This document shows, piece after piece, positions 39,394-47,673 of a DNA stretch of 64,000 nt. The stretch comes from Candidatus Thermosaccharophagus tengchongensis. Lineage in GTDB: Bacteria > Armatimonadota > Fervidibacteria > Fervidibacterales > Thermosaccharophagaceae. Within the stretch, counting starts at the first letter, position 1. Each line of letters starts with the position of its first letter. Made by a program: the position numbers and the translations under genes. The notes beneath the pieces are model-generated. The model saw nothing but the letters and a program-made list of their open reading frames with translations. It had not been told where the DNA came from and did no database searches. The stretch is from assembly GCA_032161105.1 (NCBI GenBank), contig JAVHTD010000001.1. The stretch is one strand, 5' to 3'.

Positions 39394-40614
39394 ATGAGGT
39401 TTGTCTACCTTGACTACAACGCTACAACGCCACTTGATAAGCGAGTGCTTGAGGCTATGATGCCTTATTTAACCGAGCAGTATGGCAACCCATCAAGCAT
39501 TTATCGTTTTGCGCAGAGTGCAAGGAAGGCAATTGAGGATGCGAGGGAGAAGGTGGCAGCGCTGCTCAATGCGAGTGAAAGAGAAATCGTCTTCACGGGC
39601 GGTGGGACTGAGGCGAACAACTACGCTATCAAAGGGGTTGCATTTGCCAACCGGCACAGGGGCAATCACATCATCACCTCGCAAATTGAGCACCATGCTG
39701 TGCTGAATGTGTGCAAGTATCTTGAGGAGCGGCACGGTTTTGAAGTGACCTATGTTCCGGTTGACTCATATGGCATTGTTGATGTTGATGCAGTTAGGGA
39801 GGCTATAAGGGACGATACGATACTCATCAGCATCATGTATGCGAACAACGAGACCGGGGTCATACAACCCGTTGAGGAGATCGCCAAGTTGGCAAGGGAG
39901 AGGGGCATTTACTTCCACACAGATGCAATTCAAGTTGCCGGGAAGATGAAAATTGATGTGCACGCCCTCGGCGTTGACCTGCTCTCAATATCGGCACACA
40001 AGTTTTACGGACCAAAGGGTGTTGGGGCGCTCTTCATTCGCAAGGGAGTTCGCATTGACACTTTGATTCACGGCGGGCATCAGGAGATGGGGAGGAGGGC
40101 AGGCACTGAGAATGTTGCTGGGATTGTAGGTTTAGCTGAGGCGTTCGCAATTGCCCATGAGAATATGGAGGAGGAATGGGAGCGAGAAAAGCGCCTTCGT
40201 GACAAGCTTGAGCGGGGCATACTTGAGCGCATACCGGATGTAATCGTAAACGGTCATCCGGAAAGGAGGTTGGCGAACACGCTGAACATTGTGGTCAAGT
40301 ATGTTGAGGGCGAGGCAATGTTGCTGAGCATGGATGTAGAGGGCATATGTGCGTCAAGCGGTTCTGCATGCACATCCGGTTCGCTTGAGCCATCGCATGT
40401 GTTGACTGCCATGGGTATACCTCATGAGTTGGCGCATGGCTCACTGCGTTTCAGCCTTGGGAGATTCACAACCGATGAGGACATTGATTATGTGCTTGAT
40501 GTGCTCCCAAGAGTTGTTGAGCGTTTGCGCGAGATATCGCCATACGGTGTCGGTAAGGATGAGCTAAAGGGGATCAGTGGGCACCTTTCGCATAAGCGCT
40601 CATTGCGCAAGTGA
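39394..40614 (+). CDS. iscS: Cysteine desulfurase (IscS/NifS)
   Basis: [38 protein letters not shown]. Confidence 0.95.
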   Translation: MRFVYLDYNATTPLDKRVLEAMMPYLTEQYGNPSSIYRFAQSARKAIEDAREKVAALLNASEREIVFTGGGTEANNYAIKGVAFANRHRGNHIITSQIEHHAVLNVCKYLEERHGFEVTYVPVDSYGIVDVDAVREAIRDDTILISIMYANNETGVIQPVEEIAKLARERGIYFHTDAIQVAGKMKIDVHALGVDLLSISAHKFYGPKGVGALFIRKGVRIDTLIHGGHQEMGRRAGTENVAGIVGLAEAFAIAHENMEEEWEREKRLRDKLERGILERIPDVIVNGHPERRLANTLNIVVKYVEGEAMLLSMDVEGICASSGSACTSGSLEPSHVLTAMGIPHELAHGSLRFSLGRFTTDEDIDYVLDVLPRVVERLREISPYGVGKDELKGISGHLSHKRSLRK

Positions 40615-40638
40615 CATTACCTATCAAACGGGGGTGAG

Positions 40639-41604
40639 GTGGCAACACCTATCGCAGGTGCGTGGGTGTTGCTTAAAAGTATGGCAACACATGAGGAGCT
40701 TGATGAGCTTAAGCGAAAGGTGATTGAGCTGAAGCGAAAGAAGGGCGCCATCATATTGGCACATAATTACCAGCGTGAGGAAGTTCAGGAGGTCGCCGAT
40801 TTCATCGGTGATTCGCTTGAGTTGAGCAGGATAGCTGCGCAATCGGAATCAAACTTCATCGTCTTCTGCGGCGTGCGCTTCATGGCTGAAACTGCAAAGA
40901 TACTCTCCCCGCAAAAGCTTGTCGTCCATCCAGTCCCTGAGGCTCGCTGCCCGATGGCGGACATGATAACAGCCGATGACATAACGGAGCTGCGCAAGGA
41001 GTATCCGAGGGCGAAGTTTGTATGCTATGTCAACACGAACGCCGATGTTAAGGCGGAGTGCGATGTGTGTTGCACTTCAGCAAATGCCGTTCAAGTGCTG
41101 CAGCGCATTGATGCGGACGAGATCGTCTTTGTGCCGGATAGGAACTTGGCTTTGTATGCCCAAAGGTTTGTGAAGGATAAGCGCATCATACCTTGGGATG
41201 GTTGGTGCTATGTCCACAGGCGCATAGGATTTGAAGAAGTGAAGCGCTCAAAGGAAATGCATCGGGATGCATTGCTGGTTGTGCACCCTGAGTGCGATCC
41301 GGAGGTAATAGACATCGCCGATGAGGTTAAAAGCACGGGTGGAATGGTCAAGCTTGCGAGGGAGAGCAACCATCACAAATTCCTCATCGGCACTGAGGAG
41401 GGATTAGTGCGCAGGTTGAGGCGTGAGAATCCGGGAAAGATATTCATGTCGGCTGGCACACCGAGGGTGTGTTACAACATGAAGCTGATCACGCTTGACA
41501 GCGTTTATGATGCGCTCGTAAACGAGTCCCCGGAAGTTGAGTTACCGGACGACATCTTGATGAGGGCGCGGGGCTGCGTTGAGCGCATGATACAACTTAT
41601 TTGA
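40639..41604 (+). CDS. nadA: Quinolinate synthase
   Basis: ILAHNYQ, FCGVRFMAE, CPMA, YVNT, CYVH, HPEC, C.NMK. Confidence 0.96.
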   Translation: MATPIAGAWVLLKSMATHEELDELKRKVIELKRKKGAIILAHNYQREEVQEVADFIGDSLELSRIAAQSESNFIVFCGVRFMAETAKILSPQKLVVHPVPEARCPMADMITADDITELRKEYPRAKFVCYVNTNADVKAECDVCCTSANAVQVLQRIDADEIVFVPDRNLALYAQRFVKDKRIIPWDGWCYVHRRIGFEEVKRSKEMHRDALLVVHPECDPEVIDIADEVKSTGGMVKLARESNHHKFLIGTEEGLVRRLRRENPGKIFMSAGTPRVCYNMKLITLDSVYDALVNESPEVELPDDILMRARGCVERMIQLI

Positions 41605-41624
41605 GCGTGTTGAGGTGTGGGGCT

Positions 41625-42074
41625 ATGTATACCGAGAAGCTCTTGGAGCACTTTCGCAATCCGAGGAATTACGGGCGCATAGAGGACGCCGATGGCGTTG
41701 GCAAAGTTGGAAACCCGGTTTGCGGGGATGTGATGTATCTCTACATCAAGGTTGATGATGGGCGCATCTCGGACATCAAATTTGAGACATTCGGATGCGC
41801 GGCAGCAATAGCGACCTCTTCAATGGTTACAGAAATGGTGAAGGGGAAGACGATTGAGGAGGCGCTACAGGTGACAAACAAAGCGGTTGCCGAGGCGCTC
41901 GGCGGATTGCCGCCAATAAAGATGCACTGCTCTTTGCTCGCTGAGGAGGGGCTTAAGGCGGCGATACTGGACTACTACAGCAGGCGGGGGATCAATCCTC
42001 CACCTGAACTTGTTGAGCGGCTAAAGCAGTTGCGCCATGAAGAGCCGCATGGCACTTCCGAGGTTGGAAGTTAA
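41625..42074 (+). CDS. iscU: Fe-S cluster scaffold IscU/NifU
   Basis: HFRNPRN, GNPVCGD, FGCAAAIA, LPPIKMHCS. Confidence 0.95.
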   Translation: MYTEKLLEHFRNPRNYGRIEDADGVGKVGNPVCGDVMYLYIKVDDGRISDIKFETFGCAAAIATSSMVTEMVKGKTIEEALQVTNKAVAEALGGLPPIKMHCSLLAEEGLKAAILDYYSRRGINPPPELVERLKQLRHEEPHGTSEVGS

Positions 42075-42116
42075 CTGGCGTCATAGCATGGAAGTGAGAT
42101 CGTAAAATGGTGGGCG

Positions 42117-42950
42117 ATGCGCATGTTGGATATGTTGGATGAGCGTTTGAGGCGCTTGCGCGAGGTTATAAAACCGCTTGGGAGCGTCGTGGTTGCCTTC
42201 TCTGGTGGCGTTGATTCAACGCTTCTTTTGAAAGCATGCTTAGATGTGCTCGGCTGTGAAAATGTGCTTGCGGTGACTGCCAATTCGGAGCTGTATCCAG
42301 ATGAGGAGGTTGCAGCAGCAATCGCACTGGCGAGTGAACTCAACGCAAGGCATTTGATCATTGAGACCGAGGAGGTGAAGGATGAGCGATTCATCAAGAA
42401 TACGCCGTTGCGATGCTACTACTGCAAATTGGAGCTGTTTACAAAGCTGTGGGAGGTGGCGAGGGAGCACGGAATGAAAGCAGTTGTAGATGGCTCAAAT
42501 GCCGATGACGCCTCCGATTATCGTCCCGGCATGCGAGCTGCTCATGAACTCGGGGTTTATAGCCCGCTTAAGGAAGCCGGTCTGACAAAATCCGACATAA
42601 GAGAGCTCTCGCAGAAGCTCGGTTTGCCGACTTGGAATAAACCCTCAATGGCGTGTCTTGCCAGCCGCTTCCCGTATTACCACGAGATAACGCGAAAGGA
42701 GTTGCGCATGGTTGCCGAGGCAGAGCGGTATTTGAAATCCCTCGGTGTAACGCAGGTGAGAGTTAGACATCACGGGTTGCTCGCAAGGATTGAGATTGGC
42801 ACGGATGAGTTCGGCTTGCTCCTTAAGGACGATGTTAGGGGCAGCGTTGTCTCAAAATTGCGCTCCCTCGGTTACATATGGGTGACGCTTGACATGCGCG
42901 GTTATCACAGCGGCAGCTTCAATGAGATGCTCTCTCGTGGTGAGGTATGA
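42117..42950 (+). CDS. larE: ATP-dependent sulfur insertase LarE family (PP-loop)
   Basis: AFSGGVDS, RCYYCK, DGSNADD..DYRPG, ACLASRFPY, RVRHHG. Confidence 0.9.
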   Translation: MRMLDMLDERLRRLREVIKPLGSVVVAFSGGVDSTLLLKACLDVLGCENVLAVTANSELYPDEEVAAAIALASELNARHLIIETEEVKDERFIKNTPLRCYYCKLELFTKLWEVAREHGMKAVVDGSNADDASDYRPGMRAAHELGVYSPLKEAGLTKSDIRELSQKLGLPTWNKPSMACLASRFPYYHEITRKELRMVAEAERYLKSLGVTQVRVRHHGLLARIEIGTDEFGLLLKDDVRGSVVSKLRSLGYIWVTLDMRGYHSGSFNEMLSRGEV

Positions 42951-42998
42951 GCGCTTTGGCATGTGCAGGCTCATACCCGTTTGGGGGTGGTAGCATAA

Positions 42999-43427
42999 GT
43001 GCGCTTCTCAACGAAGGCACGCTATGGTTTGCGTTTCCTAATTGACTTAGCTTTGAACTACAAGGATGCCCCTGTGCGTCTTCGTGATGTTGCGCGCCGT
43101 GAGGGAATTTCAAAGAAGTATCTTGAGCACATAGTTTCAGCGCTTGCAGCACACGGCTTTGTCAGGGCTATGCGAGGTTCAAAAGGTGGCTTTGTTCTCG
43201 CCAAGCCTATGGAGCGAATCTTCGTCCTTGATGTCATTGAGGCGCTTGAGGGGAAACTCAGCGTTGTTGAGTGCATACTAATGCCAGAAATATGCGATCG
43301 CTCTCCGGATTGCGTTGCAAGGATGCTTTGGGCGAGAGTGAATGAGGCGATAAGGCAAACGCTGAAGGGTATAACATTGAAAGACCTACACGACGAAGCA
43401 ATGCGTTGTAGGCGCACAGGTAAATAG
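42999..43427 (+). CDS. Rrf2-family transcriptional regulator with three Cys (IscR/CymR-like)
   Basis: STKARYGLR, YLEHI, RGSKGGF.LA, EC....IC.....C. Confidence 0.92.
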   Translation: MRFSTKARYGLRFLIDLALNYKDAPVRLRDVARREGISKKYLEHIVSALAAHGFVRAMRGSKGGFVLAKPMERIFVLDVIEALEGKLSVVECILMPEICDRSPDCVARMLWARVNEAIRQTLKGITLKDLHDEAMRCRRTGK

Positions 43428-43444
43428 CAAGGGAGGTGCATAAG

Positions 43445-43726
43445 ATGGCAGTGCAAGTTCGCATACCGACACCGCTAAGGCGATTGACTGACAATCAAGA
43501 TGTTGTCACTGTGGAAGCGAGCACTGTCGCCGAAATGATTGAGAGGCTTGAGGAGCAGTTCCCCGGGATAAAGCAAAGGCTGTGTGATGAGGATGGACAA
43601 CTAAGGCAGTTCGTCAACATCTTCGTTGATGGCGAGGACATACGCTTCCTGAACGGGCTTGAGACACCCCTCAAGGAATCAAGTGAGGTATCCATCATAC
43701 CGGCTGTAGCTGGCGGTATCCTCTGA
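43445..43726 (+). CDS. Ubiquitin-like sulfur carrier (MoaD/CysO/SAMP-like)
   Basis: VRIPTPLR, FVNIFVDGEDIRFL.GL.T, IIPAVAGG followed by IL; GGAGGTG RBS. Confidence 0.9.
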   Translation: MAVQVRIPTPLRRLTDNQDVVTVEASTVAEMIERLEEQFPGIKQRLCDEDGQLRQFVNIFVDGEDIRFLNGLETPLKESSEVSIIPAVAGGIL

Positions 43727-43964
43727 TGTCTGATGGACACGGTTCAAATTCCGTTTGCGCCAATCGCCTTGCAGTGTTGTCACAGCCCCTGCTGTAGCGC
43801 CAGATTGCGCTTCATGTCACACTTCTAATTGAGACCTGTGTTTCCCCATTGCGACGGCATGAGGTTGAGGTGCGCAGTTTTGGCTATGCCACATCTGTTG
43901 CAACAAATCCCGCAAAGCTGTGGCAGGCAGAAGAGCGTCAACACCTTTGACGGAGGTGTTGAAG

Positions 43965-45431
43965 ATGAGCAACGGTGGCTTCACCGGACCGGTTGAAAAG
44001 ATTGACGATTGGCGCTGGCGTGTTCCGAGGCGATATAAGCGTGAGATGCGCACTGACGGAATCCTTTATGCCTCCGAAAGGATGCTCCAAGAAGTGAGGC
44101 GTGACCAATCGCTTGAGCAGCTTGCAAATGTTGCTTGCCTCCCGGGGATAGTCGGTTATTCGCTTGCCATGCCGGACATACACTGGGGTTATGGTTTCCC
44201 GATTGGCGGTGTCGCTGCATTTGACATAGAGGACGGTGTAATCTCGCCCGGCGGGATTGGATATGATATCAACTGTGGCGTAAGGCTTCTTCGGACCAAT
44301 TTGACGAGAAAGGATGTGGAGCCAAGGCTTGAGGAATTGCTCCGCATGATATTTCAGATGGTTCCATGCGGTGTTGGCTCGGAGAGCAAACTGAGGCTCA
44401 GCAGGAGTGAGTTTGAGGAGGTGCTCGTTGAGGGGGCAAGGTGGGCGGTTAAAAAGCGCGGCATGGGATGGGAGGAGGATTTGGAGCGCACGGAAGAGAA
44501 TGGCGCAATTGATGGTGCGGAGCCGAGGTATGTCAGCGCAAGAGCCATTGAGCGTGGCTTGCCGCAAATCGGCACACTCGGTGCCGGTAACCACTTCCTT
44601 GAGGTTCAGGTCGTTGAGGAGATATATCAGCCTGAGATTGCGAGCAAGATGGGCATTGAGCAAGTCGGGCAAGTGACAGTGATGATACATTGTGGCTCAA
44701 GGGGCTTTGGGCATCAGGTGTGCGATGATTACCTTGATGTGATGAGGAACGCCTCGCGCAAATACAACATCTACCTTCCCGACATACAGCTTGCCTGTGC
44801 TCCATTCAAGTCCGATGAGGCACAGCGATACTTTGGGGCGATGAAGTGCGCCGTCAATTACGCATTTGCGAACAGGCAGGCAATTGCGCATTGGGTGAGG
44901 AAGGCATTTGAGAAGGTCTTTGGAAAGAGCGCTGAGGAGCTCGGCATGCACATGATTTACGATGTGGCACACAACATCGCCAAAGTTGAGGAGCACGAAG
45001 TTGACGGACAAAGGAAGCGCCTCGTCGTTCACCGCAAGGGTGCAACGAGGGCATTTCCAGCTGGTCATCCGGATGTGCCGAGCATTTATCGCGACATTGG
45101 ACAACCTGTGCTTGTTCCCGGCGATATGGGCACACGCTCATATTTGCTTGTTGGCACCGAGAGGGCAATGAAGGAGACTTGGGGTTCAACCGCTCACGGT
45201 GCTGGTAGGGTGTTAAGCCGAACAAAAGCCGCAAAGAGCAGGCGTGCGGAGGATATACAACGGGAGCTTGAGAGGCAGGGCATCATCGTTGTTGCGGCAA
45301 GCCGAAAGACGCTCGTTGAGGAGGCGCCGGAGGCTTACAAGGATGTTGACGAAGTGGCGAGGGTTGTTCACGGTGCCGGAATTTCGTTGCGCGTAGCTCG
45401 GATGCGCCCCATCGGTGTAGTTAAAGGCTAA
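43965..45431 (+). CDS. rtcB: RNA ligase RtcB
   Basis: MPDIHWGYGFPIGG, GYDINCG, GNHFLE, HCGSRG, HRKGAT, HGAGR, EEAPEAYKDV. Confidence 0.96.
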   Translation: MSNGGFTGPVEKIDDWRWRVPRRYKREMRTDGILYASERMLQEVRRDQSLEQLANVACLPGIVGYSLAMPDIHWGYGFPIGGVAAFDIEDGVISPGGIGYDINCGVRLLRTNLTRKDVEPRLEELLRMIFQMVPCGVGSESKLRLSRSEFEEVLVEGARWAVKKRGMGWEEDLERTEENGAIDGAEPRYVSARAIERGLPQIGTLGAGNHFLEVQVVEEIYQPEIASKMGIEQVGQVTVMIHCGSRGFGHQVCDDYLDVMRNASRKYNIYLPDIQLACAPFKSDEAQRYFGAMKCAVNYAFANRQAIAHWVRKAFEKVFGKSAEELGMHMIYDVAHNIAKVEEHEVDGQRKRLVVHRKGATRAFPAGHPDVPSIYRDIGQPVLVPGDMGTRSYLLVGTERAMKETWGSTAHGAGRVLSRTKAAKSRRAEDIQRELERQGIIVVAASRKTLVEEAPEAYKDVDEVARVVHGAGISLRVARMRPIGVVKG

Positions 45432-45660
45432 CCTGAAGGGTTTAAATCGCCTCTCCGATGAAAGGGCGAGTTTTAAATTAACGGGAGCGGAGTTGGGCGG
45501 GGCAATTCAACTATGGTATGTTCGCCTTGCCTGTGAAAGCCTCTCTTGCCGGAAGCCACCGATGCAATGGAAGGCAGCGTTTGTAACTGGCTGACAAGAT
45601 GGGTGCCTCAAATGGTGGTTCGTAGAGTAATGTGGGCGTTTCCATGCTTGCGGAGTGGCG

Positions 45661-47640
45661 ATGAGTGTGGATAAGGCACATCGCTCAAGCGCGAGGGAAA
45701 GAGACGATGTCGTTAGAGGTGGCGTCACTGCAAGGGCAATTTTGATCGGAGCGGTATTGTCCATCGCCCTGAACTTCATCGCCGTCCGAAATTACATCGT
45801 ATACAATGCCTATTCCGGCTTTGCCGATCACTTCAATACCATCGGCGTTGTGTGGTTGCTTTTTGCTCTGTCACTGCTCAATGTTGTGCTATGTCCACCC
45901 GTTAAGAAGCTTCGCATGCGCCCTGAGGAACTTGTCACAGTGTATGCCATGCTCATGGTCGCCACTGCATATCCGACTATGGGTTTCGGTGGCTACCTCA
46001 TACCACTAATCGGGGGCGTGTTGTATTATGCGAAGCCGGAGAATCGTTGGGATGAACTACTGATACCGAACTTGCCAAAGCATCTCATCCCTCAGGACAA
46101 GTTTGCCGTGAGGTGGCTGTTTGAGGGCGGCGTTTCATCCCCTCCAATCTCAGTTTGGATTACGCCGCTTGCGTGGTGGTCGGCGTTTGCCATTGCATGG
46201 TTCATTTTGAGCGCAAACATTGTCGCCATATTCCGCAGGCAATGGGTTGAGAGGGAAAAGCTCGTTTATCCGCTCGCTCAAGTGCCAGCTCATCTAACCT
46301 TTCTCACCGAGGAGGGACGAAGTGGCTCATTTTATCGGAACAAGTTGATGTGGATCGGGTTTGCCATTTCACTCTGGCTGAGCACGCATAACTATTTGGC
46401 TCAGCGTGTTCCAGTGGTGCCCCCTTTAAAGCTGGCAAACATCGTTCAAGTGCAGCGGCTCGGCATAAGTTTCAATTTCGGCATAGACACGCTCGTCATC
46501 GGTTTGACCTACTTGGTTAACCTTGATGTCGCATTCAGCGTTTGGATGCTCCATCTGCTCACAAGCTTTGAACTCGGTCTGCTCAACTTTATCGGATGGG
46601 GTGTCTCTGGTCCGGCGCAGCCTCATGCAGCTGGTGGTCCTCTGCTTTCAGCGCAACAGTTTGGAGCGATGCTCGCATTGATACTTTGGTCTTTAAAAGT
46701 CGCATTGAGGGAGGCAAACCTCAGGCGGCGCAATTTGACTCATGTTGGAGAATCGGATTTGAACGGACACTCAACTCAAGCGATACCGATGGGCGTTTTC
46801 AAACCGGCTCCATCTTGCCGAGCGGGTAATATCGCTGTTGGCGTGTCAACACTCCTTTCCTTTCTGCTCATCATCCTCTTTTTAGCCCTCAGCGGCATCC
46901 CGATGTGGGCTATCTTCCCCTTCCTCACAGTTGCGATGGCATTATTTTACGGCACAACGAGGCTACTCGTGCAAACCGGGATTGGCAGGCTCAGGGCGCC
47001 ATGTGCCGCAGCTCCGTTGCTCATTGACTTGTTTGGCACATCGCCATTTGGTGTGGTTGGTTTAGTTGCCCTTGGTCTGACCTTCGTTTGGTCTGGTGAC
47101 ATACAGCTGTTTGTCATGGGAACTGCAGCACATGCGCTAAAGCTTGCCGATGACGCTGGATTCAGTTTCGGCGTAACTTTCGCGGTCATGCTGTTATCGT
47201 GTGTCCTGAGCATTCTTACAACGCTTTGGTCGTATCTCTCGCTCGGCTATAGGCATGGTCTCATCAATGGCTATGTGTGGTATTTTGTCAGCTCACCAAA
47301 CTATCACTGGGGTTGGATTGCCGATTGCATCCAAAATCCGCGCCCGCCACAATGGCGAAGGGTTGGCTTCATGGTTGGAGGGGCTGTTTTCGGGAGCGCT
47401 TTGATGGCGTTGCATTCGCGCATCGTTAACTTCCCGTTGCATCCGGTTGGGTTGTGCATATCGCAAATCAACACCGTCTTTTGGGATTGGTTCAGCATGG
47501 CGCTTGCATGGGCTACAAAGCTCATCACTTTGCGCTACGGCGGGTTAAGCGCATACAGGGCTTCCCTGCCGTTCTTCTGGGGCATGATACTTGGAAGCTG
47601 CGTTGGCAGGTCAATTGTCGCGCTATCAGCTCGCCGCTAA
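45661..47640 (+). CDS. Polytopic membrane protein, DUF6785/DUF6784-like (putative transporter)
   Basis: Many TM helices; EELVTVYAM, RRQWVEREKLVYPL, FPLHPVG, LRYGG..YR..LPFFWG. Confidence 0.6.
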   Translation: MSVDKAHRSSARERDDVVRGGVTARAILIGAVLSIALNFIAVRNYIVYNAYSGFADHFNTIGVVWLLFALSLLNVVLCPPVKKLRMRPEELVTVYAMLMVATAYPTMGFGGYLIPLIGGVLYYAKPENRWDELLIPNLPKHLIPQDKFAVRWLFEGGVSSPPISVWITPLAWWSAFAIAWFILSANIVAIFRRQWVEREKLVYPLAQVPAHLTFLTEEGRSGSFYRNKLMWIGFAISLWLSTHNYLAQRVPVVPPLKLANIVQVQRLGISFNFGIDTLVIGLTYLVNLDVAFSVWMLHLLTSFELGLLNFIGWGVSGPAQPHAAGGPLLSAQQFGAMLALILWSLKVALREANLRRRNLTHVGESDLNGHSTQAIPMGVFKPAPSCRAGNIAVGVSTLLSFLLIILFLALSGIPMWAIFPFLTVAMALFYGTTRLLVQTGIGRLRAPCAAAPLLIDLFGTSPFGVVGLVALGLTFVWSGDIQLFVMGTAAHALKLADDAGFSFGVTFAVMLLSCVLSILTTLWSYLSLGYRHGLINGYVWYFVSSPNYHWGWIADCIQNPRPPQWRRVGFMVGGAVFGSALMALHSRIVNFPLHPVGLCISQINTVFWDWFSMALAWATKLITLRYGGLSAYRASLPFFWGMILGSCVGRSIVALSARR

Positions 47641-47673
47641 GATGGAATGGGAGTGCTCCCCGAAGGTAAGGCA

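Noticed and set aside
39394..40614. IscS as a dedicated selenocysteine lyase for the hydrogenase
   Set aside because: It is an ordinary group I desulfurase (SSGSACTS) in an iscU-containing cluster more than 20 kb away, and nothing in the sequence links it to selenium.
43738..43754. tRNA T-arm-like GGTTCAAATTCC upstream of rtcB
   Set aside because: No proper 5-bp T stem with a 7-nt loop and no acceptor, D or anticodon arms can be built around it.
43965..45431. Intein in RtcB
   Set aside because: The protein is about 488 aa with contiguous RtcB motifs and no inserted splicing domain.
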